Assembly: GCA_046329205.1 (NCBI GenBank)
Contig: JAXLVF010000006.1
Span: 91,077 to 155,076, forward strand
Direction: 5' to 3'
DNA from: Flavobacteriaceae bacterium
Lineage (GTDB): Bacteria; Bacteroidota; Bacteroidia; Flavobacteriales; Flavobacteriaceae
DNA: 64,000 bases
A program made the translations under genes and the position numbers. The notes under the pieces were generated by a model. That model was given only the letters and a program-made list of their open reading frames with translations, did not search any database and had not been told where the DNA came from. Each line of letters starts with the position of its first letter. The first letter of the stretch is position 1. This document shows positions 29,488 through 39,393 of this stretch, in pieces.

Positions 29488-30168
29488 TTACACAAAAACA
29501 GCCAACAAAATTCCTAATATAATCATCGAAATTTTAGCAATATTAAATTTGTGTCCTTCGCTACTTTCAAAAATAATCGTGGACGAAATATGAAATAAAA
29601 TCCCAATAACAATGGCTGTAATCTCGGTGTAATATTGCGTAATATATGGAACATTATCTGAAACAAAAGTTCCAAGTGGTGTCATGAAAGCAAAGGCAAC
29701 CATGAAAAAGAATAAAGCAGTTTTGTTGAGTTCTGCATTTAGAAAAAATGTAGTTAGTATGATGGCAATAGGCAAGTGGTGAATGGCAATTCCATAAGCT
29801 AAATCATGATGGTGACCAACAGGAAATCCTTCAAGAAATGCATGAACGCATAAACTTATAAACAACAGCCAAGGCATGCTATTGATTTTGCCATGACCAT
29901 GAACGTGACCATGTTCTGCGCCTTTGGAGAAAAACTCTAAAATAATTTGGAATAATATTCCAATCATGATGAACATTCCAATGTTTAACCTTCCAGCTTT
30001 TTGATGTGAATGATAAATTTCGGGTAGTAAATTCATTACGGTTATTGACAACAAAAACGAGCCGCTAAAAGCTAATAAAAGTTTCAAATTTGCTTTTGAT
30101 TTTGGTTTAATTACTACTGCAATTAAATAGCCAAAAATAACTGATAATAAAGGAAGTATATAGTTCAT
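29488..30168 (-). CDS. ZIP-family divalent-metal transporter
   Basis: 226 aa polytopic protein with a His-rich loop GAEHGHVHGHGK and HAFLEGFPVG / HHLPIA blocks. Confidence 0.8.
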   Translation of the reverse strand: MNYILPLLSVIFGYLIAVVIKPKSKANLKLLLAFSGSFLLSITVMNLLPEIYHSHQKAGRLNIGMFIMIGILFQIILEFFSKGAEHGHVHGHGKINSMPWLLFISLCVHAFLEGFPVGHHHDLAYGIAIHHLPIAIILTTFFLNAELNKTALFFFMVAFAFMTPLGTFVSDNVPYITQYYTEITAIVIGILFHISSTIIFESSEGHKFNIAKISMIILGILLAVFV

Positions 30169-30252
30169 TTTTTGTTAATTTGTGCATTTGGTTATTTGAT
30201 AGTTTGGTTTAAGAATGTTATAACTAACCAAATCAACAAATCACCAAATAAA

Positions 30253-31059
30253 CTACTTAAATATCATTATCAATCGTTCGCTTGTGTTCTTGTAATATTT
30301 TTTCAGCTTATAATCCCCAAAAATATCAAGAAGATATAAACCAACTTGGTCAAACATCCTTTGAAAATCTTCTAAAGTGAATGCTCTAACTTTTTCAACA
30401 TAATGATGTTTTTTTCCATCATCTTCAAAGTCAATTTCTTTGATAATATAACCATCAAGAAAATATTTTTTAATGTAAAAAGTTATTCCTTCAACTTCTT
30501 TGACTTCATTTTCTACTAAATTCTCAATAACGTAATTAGAATTCATAAAATCAATTACTGCAAAACCATATTCTGATAAACTGTTTTTTATAGCAGTTAA
30601 TGTTTTGATATCATCCTCTTCGTTTTCAAAGTAACCAAAACTGGTAAAAAGGTTGAAAATTGCATCAAATTTTTCTTCAAATGGTTCGCGCTTGTCATGA
30701 ACAACGAAATGTAGCGTTTCATTTTCATTTTTCTTGGCTTCCGCAATACTATTTTCTGATAAATCAGCACCAATAACATTGTATCCTAGTTGATTTAAAT
30801 AAATAGAATGGCGACCTTTTCCACAAGCCAAGTCTAGTACTTTTGCCTTTTCGGGAAGATTAAGGTATTGTGTCAAATTATCCATGAAAATTTGTGCTTC
30901 ACGGTAATTTCTCTCTTTGTAAAGTATGTGATAATATTTTGTATCAAACCAAGATTCGTACCAACTCGATTGTTGATTATTGATTTGAGATTGGTGATTT
31001 GTCACTTCGACTGCGCTCAGTGTGACAATTTTTGGTTTCAAATTTTCTGATGCTGACAT
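30253..31059 (-). CDS. Class I SAM-dependent methyltransferase
   Basis: 268 aa. VLDLACGKGRHS motif I. The true start may be internal. Confidence 0.8.
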   Translation of the reverse strand: MSASENLKPKIVTLSAVEVTNHQSQINNQQSSWYESWFDTKYYHILYKERNYREAQIFMDNLTQYLNLPEKAKVLDLACGKGRHSIYLNQLGYNVIGADLSENSIAEAKKNENETLHFVVHDKREPFEEKFDAIFNLFTSFGYFENEEDDIKTLTAIKNSLSEYGFAVIDFMNSNYVIENLVENEVKEVEGITFYIKKYFLDGYIIKEIDFEDDGKKHHYVEKVRAFTLEDFQRMFDQVGLYLLDIFGDYKLKKYYKNTSERLIMIFK

Positions 31060-31099
31060 TAATTCTTTTCAAATGAATTCCGAACATGCAAATTTAGTG

Positions 31100-31107
31100 T
31101 ATTTTTG
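31100..31107 (+). promoter_or_regulatory. Candidate -7 box TATTTTTG
   Basis: TAnnTTTG upstream of the THUMP methyltransferase gene. Confidence 0.35.
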
Positions 31108-31160
31108 CCGAAGTAATATCAAATTAAACTTTGATATTATTATTGATATTGAATTTGTTC

Positions 31161-32315
31161 ATGGAAAATTTTAAGATGATTGCCAAAACATTTTTTGGCT
31201 TTGAAGAAATACTAGCAAAGGAATTGCAACAACTTGGAGCTCAAGATGTCACTATAGGTACAAGAGCTGTGAGTTTTAAAGGTGACAAAGGTTTTATGTA
31301 CAAAGCCAATCTTTCTTTGCGCACAGCTTTAAAAATTTTAAAGCCAATTTATAATTTTAGAGCATTCAATGAACAAAGTTTGTACAAAGGAATTCAAGGT
31401 GTAGATTGGAGCAAGTACTTGAATGCCAATCAGACTTTTGTAATCGATACAACTATTCATTCGGATAATTTCAAGCATTCGCAATTTGTTTCTCAAAAAG
31501 CAAAAGATGCCATCGTTGATCAGTTTAGAGAAAAATTTGGACAACGACCAAGTGTAGAAAAAGATTTTCCAGATTTGAGAATTAATATTCATATCGATAG
31601 AGATCAATGTTCAGTTGCATTAGATACTTCTGGAGCTTCATTGCATCACAGAGGTTACAGAACAGCTACGAATATTGCTCCTGTAAATGAAGTTTTAGCA
31701 GCAGGAATGTTATTGTTATCGGGTTGGGATGGAAGTTCACATTTTCTTGATCCAATGTGTGGTAGTGGAACAATTTTGATTGAAGCTGGAATGATTGCTT
31801 GTAATATTCCAGCAAATATTAATCGTAAAGAGTTTGCATTTGAAAAATGGAATGATTGGGACAATGATTTATTTGACCAAATTATTGATAGCTTGATGAA
31901 ACGTACAAAAGAATTTCATTATTCAATTGTAGGTTTTGATAAGGCGCCAAGTGCTGTAAATAAAGCAAAAGACAATATTATTAATGCTAATTTAGAAGAT
32001 TATGTAAAGGTAAGTCAAGCTAACTTTTTTGAGACCAAAAAGGAAACTGTTGGAACTTTACACATGGTTTTCAATCCGCCATATGGTGAACGATTGGATA
32101 TAAATCTAGAACGATTTTACCGCGAACTTGGTGATACTTTGAAAAATAATTATCCAAATACTAACGCTTGGTTTATCACTGCCAATCTTGAAGCATTAAA
32201 GTTTGTTGGCTTGCGTCCATCCAGAAAAATAAAACTTTTTAATGGTAGTTTAGAAGCTCGATTGGTTAAATATGAAATGTATGAAGGAAGTAAAAGAATG
32301 AAGTTTCAACAATAG
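31161..32315 (+). CDS. THUMP-domain class I SAM-dependent RNA methyltransferase (RlmL/YpsC-like)
   Basis: The track start at 31131 is TTG, so I prefer ATG at 31161 (MENFKMIAKTFFGFEEIL). Contains the DPMCGSGT SAM motif and the NPPYGERL catalytic motif. Confidence 0.85.
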   Translation: MENFKMIAKTFFGFEEILAKELQQLGAQDVTIGTRAVSFKGDKGFMYKANLSLRTALKILKPIYNFRAFNEQSLYKGIQGVDWSKYLNANQTFVIDTTIHSDNFKHSQFVSQKAKDAIVDQFREKFGQRPSVEKDFPDLRINIHIDRDQCSVALDTSGASLHHRGYRTATNIAPVNEVLAAGMLLLSGWDGSSHFLDPMCGSGTILIEAGMIACNIPANINRKEFAFEKWNDWDNDLFDQIIDSLMKRTKEFHYSIVGFDKAPSAVNKAKDNIINANLEDYVKVSQANFFETKKETVGTLHMVFNPPYGERLDINLERFYRELGDTLKNNYPNTNAWFITANLEALKFVGLRPSRKIKLFNGSLEARLVKYEMYEGSKRMKFQQ

Positions 32316-32321
32316 TTTTAA

Positions 32322-33830
32322 CTATTTTTCTTTGTCAAATACTTCGATTAGTTTTTCCAGTTGATCAACGCCAAATCGTTTTGCTTTGATGATTTTGTTT
32401 TTATCCAATAGATAAAAAACAGGAGTAGAATAAACATCATATTTTTCGACCACATTATTGAAGTGAATTCCGTCGTAAGTATTTATCCAATCCAGATTGT
32501 GTTCGGCAATATATTTTAAATATTTATCAGTTTCAAAAAGAGTGTAAACGCTCAATACCTTGATGTCAATACCTTTTTTTAGGAGTTTATGATATTCTTC
32601 GACTAGTTTTGGAATTTCTTTTTGACAATGTCCACAATCAACGTCCCAAAAAGCCAGCAAGGTATATTTTGCATTAACGTCTGATAATTTATAGAACAGC
32701 TTTGTGATGGTTTCTTGATTTTTGTAGTATAAACTCGTCAATTCCTCGCTTGTGTTTGCTTTATCAAAACCCATTTTATTCACTTGATCGATATCTTTGG
32801 CATTGATGAGATACAATTCTGGAGCTTTTGAACCTAAAGCAATTGGTTTTAATTTTTCTGCACGTTTTATTATTTTACTAATGATTGTTTCGTCATTATA
32901 AATACCATTGGCTTTGCCTGTTTTAAAATATTTTTCAGCCATGTGAATAAATATTTTATCGTATCCCATAATTTTGGAAGTTTCATAATTATAGGTAAAA
33001 TAACCAATCAAAATTTTGTTGATAAGACTACCAGGAATAGTTTTATCAAGCATTTTATCGATTTCTACGGTTACAGAGTCTGGGTGAACATAAACAACTT
33101 GATCAAAGTATTTTTTTATTTTGATGTTGAAAAAAGGATTTCTAACTGTAGCATCATCTTTAAAATCTACATTATCCCAAAAGTGTTTTTTGTAATAGTT
33201 GAATTCAGCAATACTGTCTTTTTTTCCATTTGGTAAACGAGGAACATCTTTTAGAATTCTATCCGTTTTCAGGTTTACTACATCGGCAATGTAAAAAGGT
33301 TTGTTAACGTTTATGAATTTTTCTTCAACGTCTAGTAGAATTTTTTCCAACTCTTTTTGTTTGTTCAAAATTAACAAACTGTCTTTTTTTGTTTTTGGAT
33401 TTAATTTGGTTTTAAAATCTTGCAATTCTGCACCTTGCTGACCAATAAATCTTATGTAATCAAAAAAATTGTTTTGAGTTTTTGAGTTAGAAGTCAATTT
33501 TTTTACCAAATTTTCTCCAAATTCAGTTTCTAATTCAAGATTTTGAGTGCTTTCATCAACAAAAAAATCAAAATAAATAGATTTTTGTTGGCTAACCAAT
33601 GTGTAAATTCCTTTTGGCAATTTTGATTTTCCTTCAAAAATTATTTTTCCGTTTTTTATTGATGTACAAGTATCTTTTATTAAGTTTTTATCAAATTGAT
33701 AATAGGTTAAATAGGCTAGAGTATCTGGGCAGTTTTTTAGAGTAATCGAAATTTTATATCCATCTTGCGCATTGCTGGATAAAGCAAATAAAGCAAACAA
33801 CAAACTGTATAGAAAGTATTTCTTCTTCAT
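32322..33830 (-). CDS. Secreted TlpA/thioredoxin-like oxidoreductase with long N-terminal domain
   Basis: 502 aa with a signal peptide and a WDVDCGHCQKE CxxC thioredoxin motif in the C-terminal domain. Confidence 0.8.
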   Translation of the reverse strand: MKKKYFLYSLLFALFALSSNAQDGYKISITLKNCPDTLAYLTYYQFDKNLIKDTCTSIKNGKIIFEGKSKLPKGIYTLVSQQKSIYFDFFVDESTQNLELETEFGENLVKKLTSNSKTQNNFFDYIRFIGQQGAELQDFKTKLNPKTKKDSLLILNKQKELEKILLDVEEKFINVNKPFYIADVVNLKTDRILKDVPRLPNGKKDSIAEFNYYKKHFWDNVDFKDDATVRNPFFNIKIKKYFDQVVYVHPDSVTVEIDKMLDKTIPGSLINKILIGYFTYNYETSKIMGYDKIFIHMAEKYFKTGKANGIYNDETIISKIIKRAEKLKPIALGSKAPELYLINAKDIDQVNKMGFDKANTSEELTSLYYKNQETITKLFYKLSDVNAKYTLLAFWDVDCGHCQKEIPKLVEEYHKLLKKGIDIKVLSVYTLFETDKYLKYIAEHNLDWINTYDGIHFNNVVEKYDVYSTPVFYLLDKNKIIKAKRFGVDQLEKLIEVFDKEK

Positions 33831-33871
33831 CTTGGTGAGTAAAATGCTTTCAAAAATACAATTCTATTCAA

Positions 33872-33901
33872 AATAAAAAAACATTCCAATAGGAATGTTT
33901 T
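33872..33901 (-). terminator. Rho-independent terminator of the 33906-34271 gene
   Basis: AAACATTCC-AATA-GGAATGTTT stem, with a T-run on the minus strand (A-run at 33874-33880 on the plus strand). Confidence 0.6.
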
Positions 33902-33905
33902 ACCA

Positions 33906-34271
33906 TTAAAATCTATCAAAAAGAATTATCCCTTTCCGCTCCAAATTGTCTTTGATAATGGAAGAGTTAATATTGTATTGAATCTCAAGTTCGTTTACGG
34001 TAACGCCTGAAAAATGTAGAGTTACCATTGTGTCTAGTATTCTAGGGTCAATATTTACAACATCATCTTTTACGTCCTCAATATAGTCTTTTTGATTTAT
34101 TTCCAATTTAGCATTTTGGAGCAAACCAATCAAGTAATCAATATCTTCAGTAAATATTTCCATTGACTTTCTCGAACCAACAGGAAGTTGGTTTTGCTTT
34201 ATTTCGAGAACTTTTTCCCCGAAATTATCTCTGAGAAAATTAAGTTCATAGGTATAGTGTTTTCCTTTCAT
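33906..34271 (-). CDS. Hypothetical cytoplasmic protein
   Basis: 121-aa ORF with its own terminator. No motif recognised. Confidence 0.45.
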   Translation of the reverse strand: MKGKHYTYELNFLRDNFGEKVLEIKQNQLPVGSRKSMEIFTEDIDYLIGLLQNAKLEINQKDYIEDVKDDVVNIDPRILDTMVTLHFSGVTVNELEIQYNINSSIIKDNLERKGIILFDRF

Positions 34272-34399
34272 AGCAGTAGTTTTGTAAATTTGGGTTAGAC
34301 AAAGTTACATGTTTTAACGATAAAAAGCATGTTTTTATCGAATAATCGATGAACTACATCATAATTTATGATTATAGACTTTTTTGATAAAAATTTCAA

Positions 34400-34657
34400 A
34401 TGAGTATATTTGAAAAAAAAATTATGTCAAAATCAGTTAAGGCCTTGTTATTGAATTTTATTTGCTTTGCAGTTCTTTTTTTACTTGCTAAATATCTGCT
34501 TGGTCGCTATACTCATTTATCTGGAATATGGAAACCAATTACAGCATTTGTAATATCAACTTTAGTTTCTCCTCAATTCAAAGCAATAAAAACCCATGAA
34601 GGAGAAAAAATATTTTTTAAATGGTTGTTTATGAAAGGTGTAAAAGAAATAAAATAA
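34400..34657 (+). CDS. Small two-TM membrane protein
   Basis: 85 aa with two hydrophobic segments. Confidence 0.45.
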   Translation: MSIFEKKIMSKSVKALLLNFICFAVLFLLAKYLLGRYTHLSGIWKPITAFVISTLVSPQFKAIKTHEGEKIFFKWLFMKGVKEIK

Positions 34658-34658
34658 A

Positions 34659-36752
34659 TTATTGATTTAACTTTTTATTTTTTAATAACCAAGCAGAAGT
34701 TTGGTAGTAAGAAATGGTTTCTTCTACTAGCTTTTCGTCCAATTTTGGCATTAAAACTTCATCGTATTTAATTTGGAAATTGTATTTCAGGCTGTTGTCG
34801 GGTTTCAATTTCAAATTATATTGTTTTACTTTTTTTACGGGAGATATTATCGTTAAGACATTGTCTTTAATTAATCCCAAATCTTGATATGTTGCGATAA
34901 ATGCTCTTGGTTTATAATCTGCATCTAACACATTTTGACCATAGAATTTACTAAAATAATTCATTTTGAGTAGTCCAAAAAGTGTTGGCATTACATCTAT
35001 TTGTGACATTAATGTGTTAAATTCTTGTGGTTTTATAAAATTTGGTGAAAATATCATTCCTGGTATTCTGTATTTATCCAAAGGAAGTTCAGTTTTGCCA
35101 GAACTTGAAGCGCAATGATCAGCAACAATAACAAAAACAGTGTTTGAATACCATGATTGCGTTTTTGCCATCTCAAAAAACTGCTTCAATGCATAATCTG
35201 TATATTTTACGCCACCAATTCTTGATTTTTTATTGCTTGGGATATCAATCTTCCCATCAGGATATGTAAAAGGTCTGTGATTGCTAACAGACATTATATG
35301 ATTGAAAAAAGGCTTTTTATTTTTTGCTTCTTCATTCATAACTTTTATAGCCTTTTTATACATGTCTTCATCACAAACTCCCCAAATATTAGAGAAAGTT
35401 ATTTCATTTGGTTTAAACGATTTTTTATCTACAATTTCATAGCCATTTCCACCGAAGAAATCTTGCATGTTGTCAAAATATGCATCACCACCATAAAGAT
35501 ATTTTACTTGATAACCTTTTTGTTTTAAAACATAACCTGTTGAAAATTTATTTTTATTGTCTTTTCTTTTTACAACACTTTCTGCAGCAGATGGAGGAAG
35601 AGAAAGTGTAACAGCTTCAAGTCCTCTTACAGTTCTGTTACCTGTTGCGTATAGATTTGTAAACTGTAAACTTTTGGTAGCTAGAGAGTCTAAAAATGGG
35701 GTAGCATCTTTTTTACCACCATAAGCTTTCAGAAAATCTGCACTTAAACTTTCGATTGTTATCAGAACTATGTTTTTATGAATTTCTGAACTATCAGATG
35801 CTATTTTCCTTAGTGTAGAATTATTTAAGTTGTAATTATATTGTCTTGATAAAGTGCTAAAGGCTAGCTTAGTGTCAATTGTTTTGTAATATTTGTCATA
35901 ATCAAGCTCATTATTCATAAAAGCTGTATAAAACTTGAAAATTCCGTTAGATTGCAACTCATTAGTATAAACATTAGAAGAACATTCTTTTTTTGCCAAA
36001 AAAGGAATTACTTTCATTGAAATAAAAAACAAACCTACATAAGCTATAGATTTAATTAATTTGACTTGAAAACTATCAAATTTTAATAAAAATGGTTTCG
36101 TTTTTCTAACTATGAAAAATGTAATTAAAACAGCTATAATACCTTCTGTAATGAATAATGGAACGACTGGATAAGACTCCATGATGTTTCCAATAACTGT
36201 ATTGGTATAAACTAAATAATCAACGGCAATAAAATTATATCTAACTCCAAATTCATTCCAAAAAAAGTATTCACTAACTGCGTTTTGGATGATTAATAAT
36301 ACGTATAAAAAAATGGTTAGAAAATATAGTATTGAGCGTATTAAACTTCTTTTATTTGGCAAAAAAAGCATTAAACCAAAGAACAATGTTTTAATTGAAA
36401 TAAATATAATGCCTACCTCAGGAAGTGAACCACCATATTCGTTTAGAATTGTATTTCCAAAAGACACATAGAGAAGTAACAGAACCAAAAAACCAAAAAT
36501 AACATATCCCCAAGGTTTGTTATACTTCGTGTTTGAGAGAAAAACTAAATATAAGTTTAGAAAAACTGCAACAATCACAAAAACAAAAAGGTCTGACAGC
36601 AATCCAAATGAAAAAATCTTCAGAACTTCAATAGCGGAAAAAGTGGATTGTGTTATTGGATGAAAAAGTAAAACAACTCTTAAAACAATACTAACAATTA
36701 GATAAAAGGATAATAAATAGGTTACTGGGGAAGATTTTTTTAACAATTGCAT
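34659..36752 (-). CDS. LTA-synthase/phosphoglycerol-transferase-family sulfatase-fold membrane enzyme
   Basis: 697 aa. Multi-TM N-terminal half and an extracytoplasmic alkaline-phosphatase-superfamily domain (VLITIESLSADF, NRTVRGLEA, VADH). Confidence 0.8.
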   Translation of the reverse strand: MQLLKKSSPVTYLLSFYLIVSIVLRVVLLFHPITQSTFSAIEVLKIFSFGLLSDLFVFVIVAVFLNLYLVFLSNTKYNKPWGYVIFGFLVLLLLYVSFGNTILNEYGGSLPEVGIIFISIKTLFFGLMLFLPNKRSLIRSILYFLTIFLYVLLIIQNAVSEYFFWNEFGVRYNFIAVDYLVYTNTVIGNIMESYPVVPLFITEGIIAVLITFFIVRKTKPFLLKFDSFQVKLIKSIAYVGLFFISMKVIPFLAKKECSSNVYTNELQSNGIFKFYTAFMNNELDYDKYYKTIDTKLAFSTLSRQYNYNLNNSTLRKIASDSSEIHKNIVLITIESLSADFLKAYGGKKDATPFLDSLATKSLQFTNLYATGNRTVRGLEAVTLSLPPSAAESVVKRKDNKNKFSTGYVLKQKGYQVKYLYGGDAYFDNMQDFFGGNGYEIVDKKSFKPNEITFSNIWGVCDEDMYKKAIKVMNEEAKNKKPFFNHIMSVSNHRPFTYPDGKIDIPSNKKSRIGGVKYTDYALKQFFEMAKTQSWYSNTVFVIVADHCASSSGKTELPLDKYRIPGMIFSPNFIKPQEFNTLMSQIDVMPTLFGLLKMNYFSKFYGQNVLDADYKPRAFIATYQDLGLIKDNVLTIISPVKKVKQYNLKLKPDNSLKYNFQIKYDEVLMPKLDEKLVEETISYYQTSAWLLKNKKLNQ

Positions 36753-36878
36753 TTGGTATTTTATTATAAAAACAATCTGGTTGAACTTTTCCCTAAAATT
36801 AATTTTATCTTAAAAATCAAAACAAGAAAAAGAATGTTTTTTATTAATTTTAAATTTACAACACAAAAGTAATCAAAA

Positions 36879-37550
36879 GTGAAAAAAATATTGATAGTCG
36901 AAGACGAAATTGGAATTGTACAATTTTTGAAAGAAGGTCTAGAAGAAGAAGGTTTTGAAGTTGAGTATGCAAATGATGGTGTTGCGGGTTTAAAATTAGC
37001 AACAGAAAAATCTTTTGATTTACTATTATTGGATTGGATGATGCCAAAAATGACTGGATTAGAGCTATGTAAAAAATTCAGAGAGAATAATTCTTCAACG
37101 CCTATAATTTTTTTAACAGCAAAAGATACTATCCAAGAAGCTATTGAAGGACTAAAATCTGGCGCAAATGATTATATAAAAAAGCCATTTAGTTTTGATG
37201 AACTATTGGAACGTATAAAAGTACATTTTCGCAATGAAAAGTCGTCAAATCTATTAAAATTAGGCACCATAACAATTGATGTAGAAAAGTATAAAGTAAA
37301 AGTTTCTGAAAAAGAAGTTTCATTGACCCAAAGAGAGTTTGATTTATTAAAATATTTAATCATTAATAAAGGGAAAGTCTGTACTAGAACACAAATCATT
37401 GAAGATGTTTGGGATATTCATTTTGAATATGATACTGGAGTTATTGATGTGTTTATGAATGCTCTGAGAAAAAAATTAAATCTAAAGGTTGACGAGGATT
37501 ATATAAAAACGGTAAGAGGTGTAGGCTATATAGCTAATGACGAAATATGA
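36879..37550 (+). CDS. OmpR/PhoB-family response regulator
   Basis: 223 aa, GTG start. Receiver domain (ILIVEDE, LLLLDWMMP, KPF) plus a winged-helix output (LTQREFDLLKYL, TVRGVGY). Confidence 0.9.
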   Translation: MKKILIVEDEIGIVQFLKEGLEEEGFEVEYANDGVAGLKLATEKSFDLLLLDWMMPKMTGLELCKKFRENNSSTPIIFLTAKDTIQEAIEGLKSGANDYIKKPFSFDELLERIKVHFRNEKSSNLLKLGTITIDVEKYKVKVSEKEVSLTQREFDLLKYLIINKGKVCTRTQIIEDVWDIHFEYDTGVIDVFMNALRKKLNLKVDEDYIKTVRGVGYIANDEI

Positions 37551-38920
37551 AACAATTTTCTTTTAAAAACAGAATAGCATTCAATTATATCTTAACAACT
37601 GCATTGTTAATTTTTGCTGTTTTTTTTGCTATTTATTCAATGGTAAAATTTACAATAAATTACAGAGTAAATAATGAGATAAGACACGAAGCAAAAAAAC
37701 ACTTAAGAGAAATCGAAGTTATAGAAAATTGTGTTCTTCTTATTAGAGAAAAGCAATGGAAACAGAAGCAAATAAATAGGGTAGATGTCAGTCCAGCTTT
37801 TATTCAATTCGTAGATGATTTAGGAGCTTTAGTAGAAAAATCACCTAACCTAAAAGCCAAGCAATTAAATTTTTATCCTAACCAAAAAAGTAATGAACTT
37901 TTTGATGCAAAACTAGATAATATCTCAGTTAGACAGATTCAAGTTCCTTTATATCAAGGAACAAAAATTATTGGATATATGATAGTTGCAACTTCGTTAG
38001 AAGAATCCGTGATGATATTGGGTAATTTATTCAAAGTAATGCTAGTAGCATACCCGTTAATTCTACTTGTATTATTTTTAATCGCCCGATTTTTTGCTGG
38101 AAATAGTATTAAACCAATACGCTCTATCATTGAAACATCAAATTTTATTACAAAAGATAATTTAAAACTCAGAATTCCTTTGCCTCAAAATAAAGATGAA
38201 TTGCATCTATTGTCTACAACTATTAATAGTCTTTTGGATAGATTAGAAAACGCTGTGGATAGGGAAAAACAATTTACTTCAGATGCATCTCATGAGTTAA
38301 GAACACCATTAGCAGTAATAAAAGGAACACTAGAGGTGTTAGTGAGAAAACCTCGTAAACCCGAAGAATACAAAGAAAAAATTGATTTTTGTATTAGTGA
38401 AGTTGATAGGCTGAATACTTTAGTCGATCAATTGTTGTTATTGGCAAGATTTGAAAATCAAAAACAAACGCTCAATATAACTTCTGTAAATCTAGAAGCA
38501 ATAATACTCGAATGCATTTCAAGAAGTACTAATGAATTAGAAAATAAAAAGATTAGTGTAAAAACTCATTTTGAAACTAATTCAATTGTACAATCAGATG
38601 TTTACCTGTTAAGTATTATTTTCAATAACTTGATTTCTAATGCTATAAAATACTCTTTTGATAAGACAACTATTTTTATTGATTCTGAATTTGATAGCCA
38701 ATCTATTTGCCTTAAAATTAGAAATAAAGGAGAAAAAATCCCATCTGATGAACTGGAAAATATTTTTAAACAATTTTATAGAGTAAACCCAAATAATCCT
38801 GACATTAAGGGAACTGGACTTGGACTATCAATTGTGAAAAAACTTTGCGATTTATTAAATGTTGATATAATTGCAAAAACAGAAAATGATGAAACGGTCT
38901 TTTTACTCATTTTCAAATAA
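37547..38920 (+). CDS. Sensor histidine kinase (2 TM, HAMP, HisKA, HATPase_c)
   Basis: 457 aa. H-box SDASHELRTPL, N-box NLISNAIKY, G-box GTGLGLSIV. Overlaps the regulator by 4 nt. Confidence 0.9.
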   Translation: MKQFSFKNRIAFNYILTTALLIFAVFFAIYSMVKFTINYRVNNEIRHEAKKHLREIEVIENCVLLIREKQWKQKQINRVDVSPAFIQFVDDLGALVEKSPNLKAKQLNFYPNQKSNELFDAKLDNISVRQIQVPLYQGTKIIGYMIVATSLEESVMILGNLFKVMLVAYPLILLVLFLIARFFAGNSIKPIRSIIETSNFITKDNLKLRIPLPQNKDELHLLSTTINSLLDRLENAVDREKQFTSDASHELRTPLAVIKGTLEVLVRKPRKPEEYKEKIDFCISEVDRLNTLVDQLLLLARFENQKQTLNITSVNLEAIILECISRSTNELENKKISVKTHFETNSIVQSDVYLLSIIFNNLISNAIKYSFDKTTIFIDSEFDSQSICLKIRNKGEKIPSDELENIFKQFYRVNPNNPDIKGTGLGLSIVKKLCDLLNVDIIAKTENDETVFLLIFK

Positions 38921-38923
38921 AAG

Positions 38924-39316
38924 TTATACCTCAATTATTTGAATTTGGCTTTTTAGTCTTTCAATAAGCATATTCATCATTCTTTTATTAATGCTTGATG
39001 AATTTTTAATATATTGGTTGTATTCATCAACTGTAAACCAGCCTATCACAATTCCTTTTAATGAGTTTCTGAATTTGATATCTCGTTGAATTACATTCTC
39101 AATGTAAGCCATCTTCTTTTCGGGAGAAAGCGAAAAGAAAACACTTTTTTGCTTAATTGCATAATTTATAAATACAGCTACAAACAAATCATTTTGCATA
39201 GCAAGTATAGGTCTAATGGTTTTGTTTTGAAATATTTCTTCTTGTGAAGAGTTTTCGTTTATAGTTCCAAATATTTCTCCTCGCAATTCTAGAACTGTTA
39301 AATCTCTATTAGCCAT
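38924..39316 (-). CDS. Hypothetical protein
   Basis: 130-aa ORF. No motif recognised. Confidence 0.5.
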   Translation of the reverse strand: MANRDLTVLELRGEIFGTINENSSQEEIFQNKTIRPILAMQNDLFVAVFINYAIKQKSVFFSLSPEKKMAYIENVIQRDIKFRNSLKGIVIGWFTVDEYNQYIKNSSSINKRMMNMLIERLKSQIQIIEV

Positions 39317-39331
39317 TTTTATTTTAAAGTT

Positions 39332-39366
39332 ATAAAAAAAAACCTCTACAATTTTGTAGAGGTTTT
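39332..39366 (-). terminator. Rho-independent terminator of the OmpA-family gene
   Basis: AACCTCTACAA..TTGTAGAGGTT palindrome with an A-run on the plus strand, giving a T-run after the stem on the minus strand. Confidence 0.6.
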
Positions 39367-39393
39367 TTAGTTATTAATAATATGTTGTTAATA

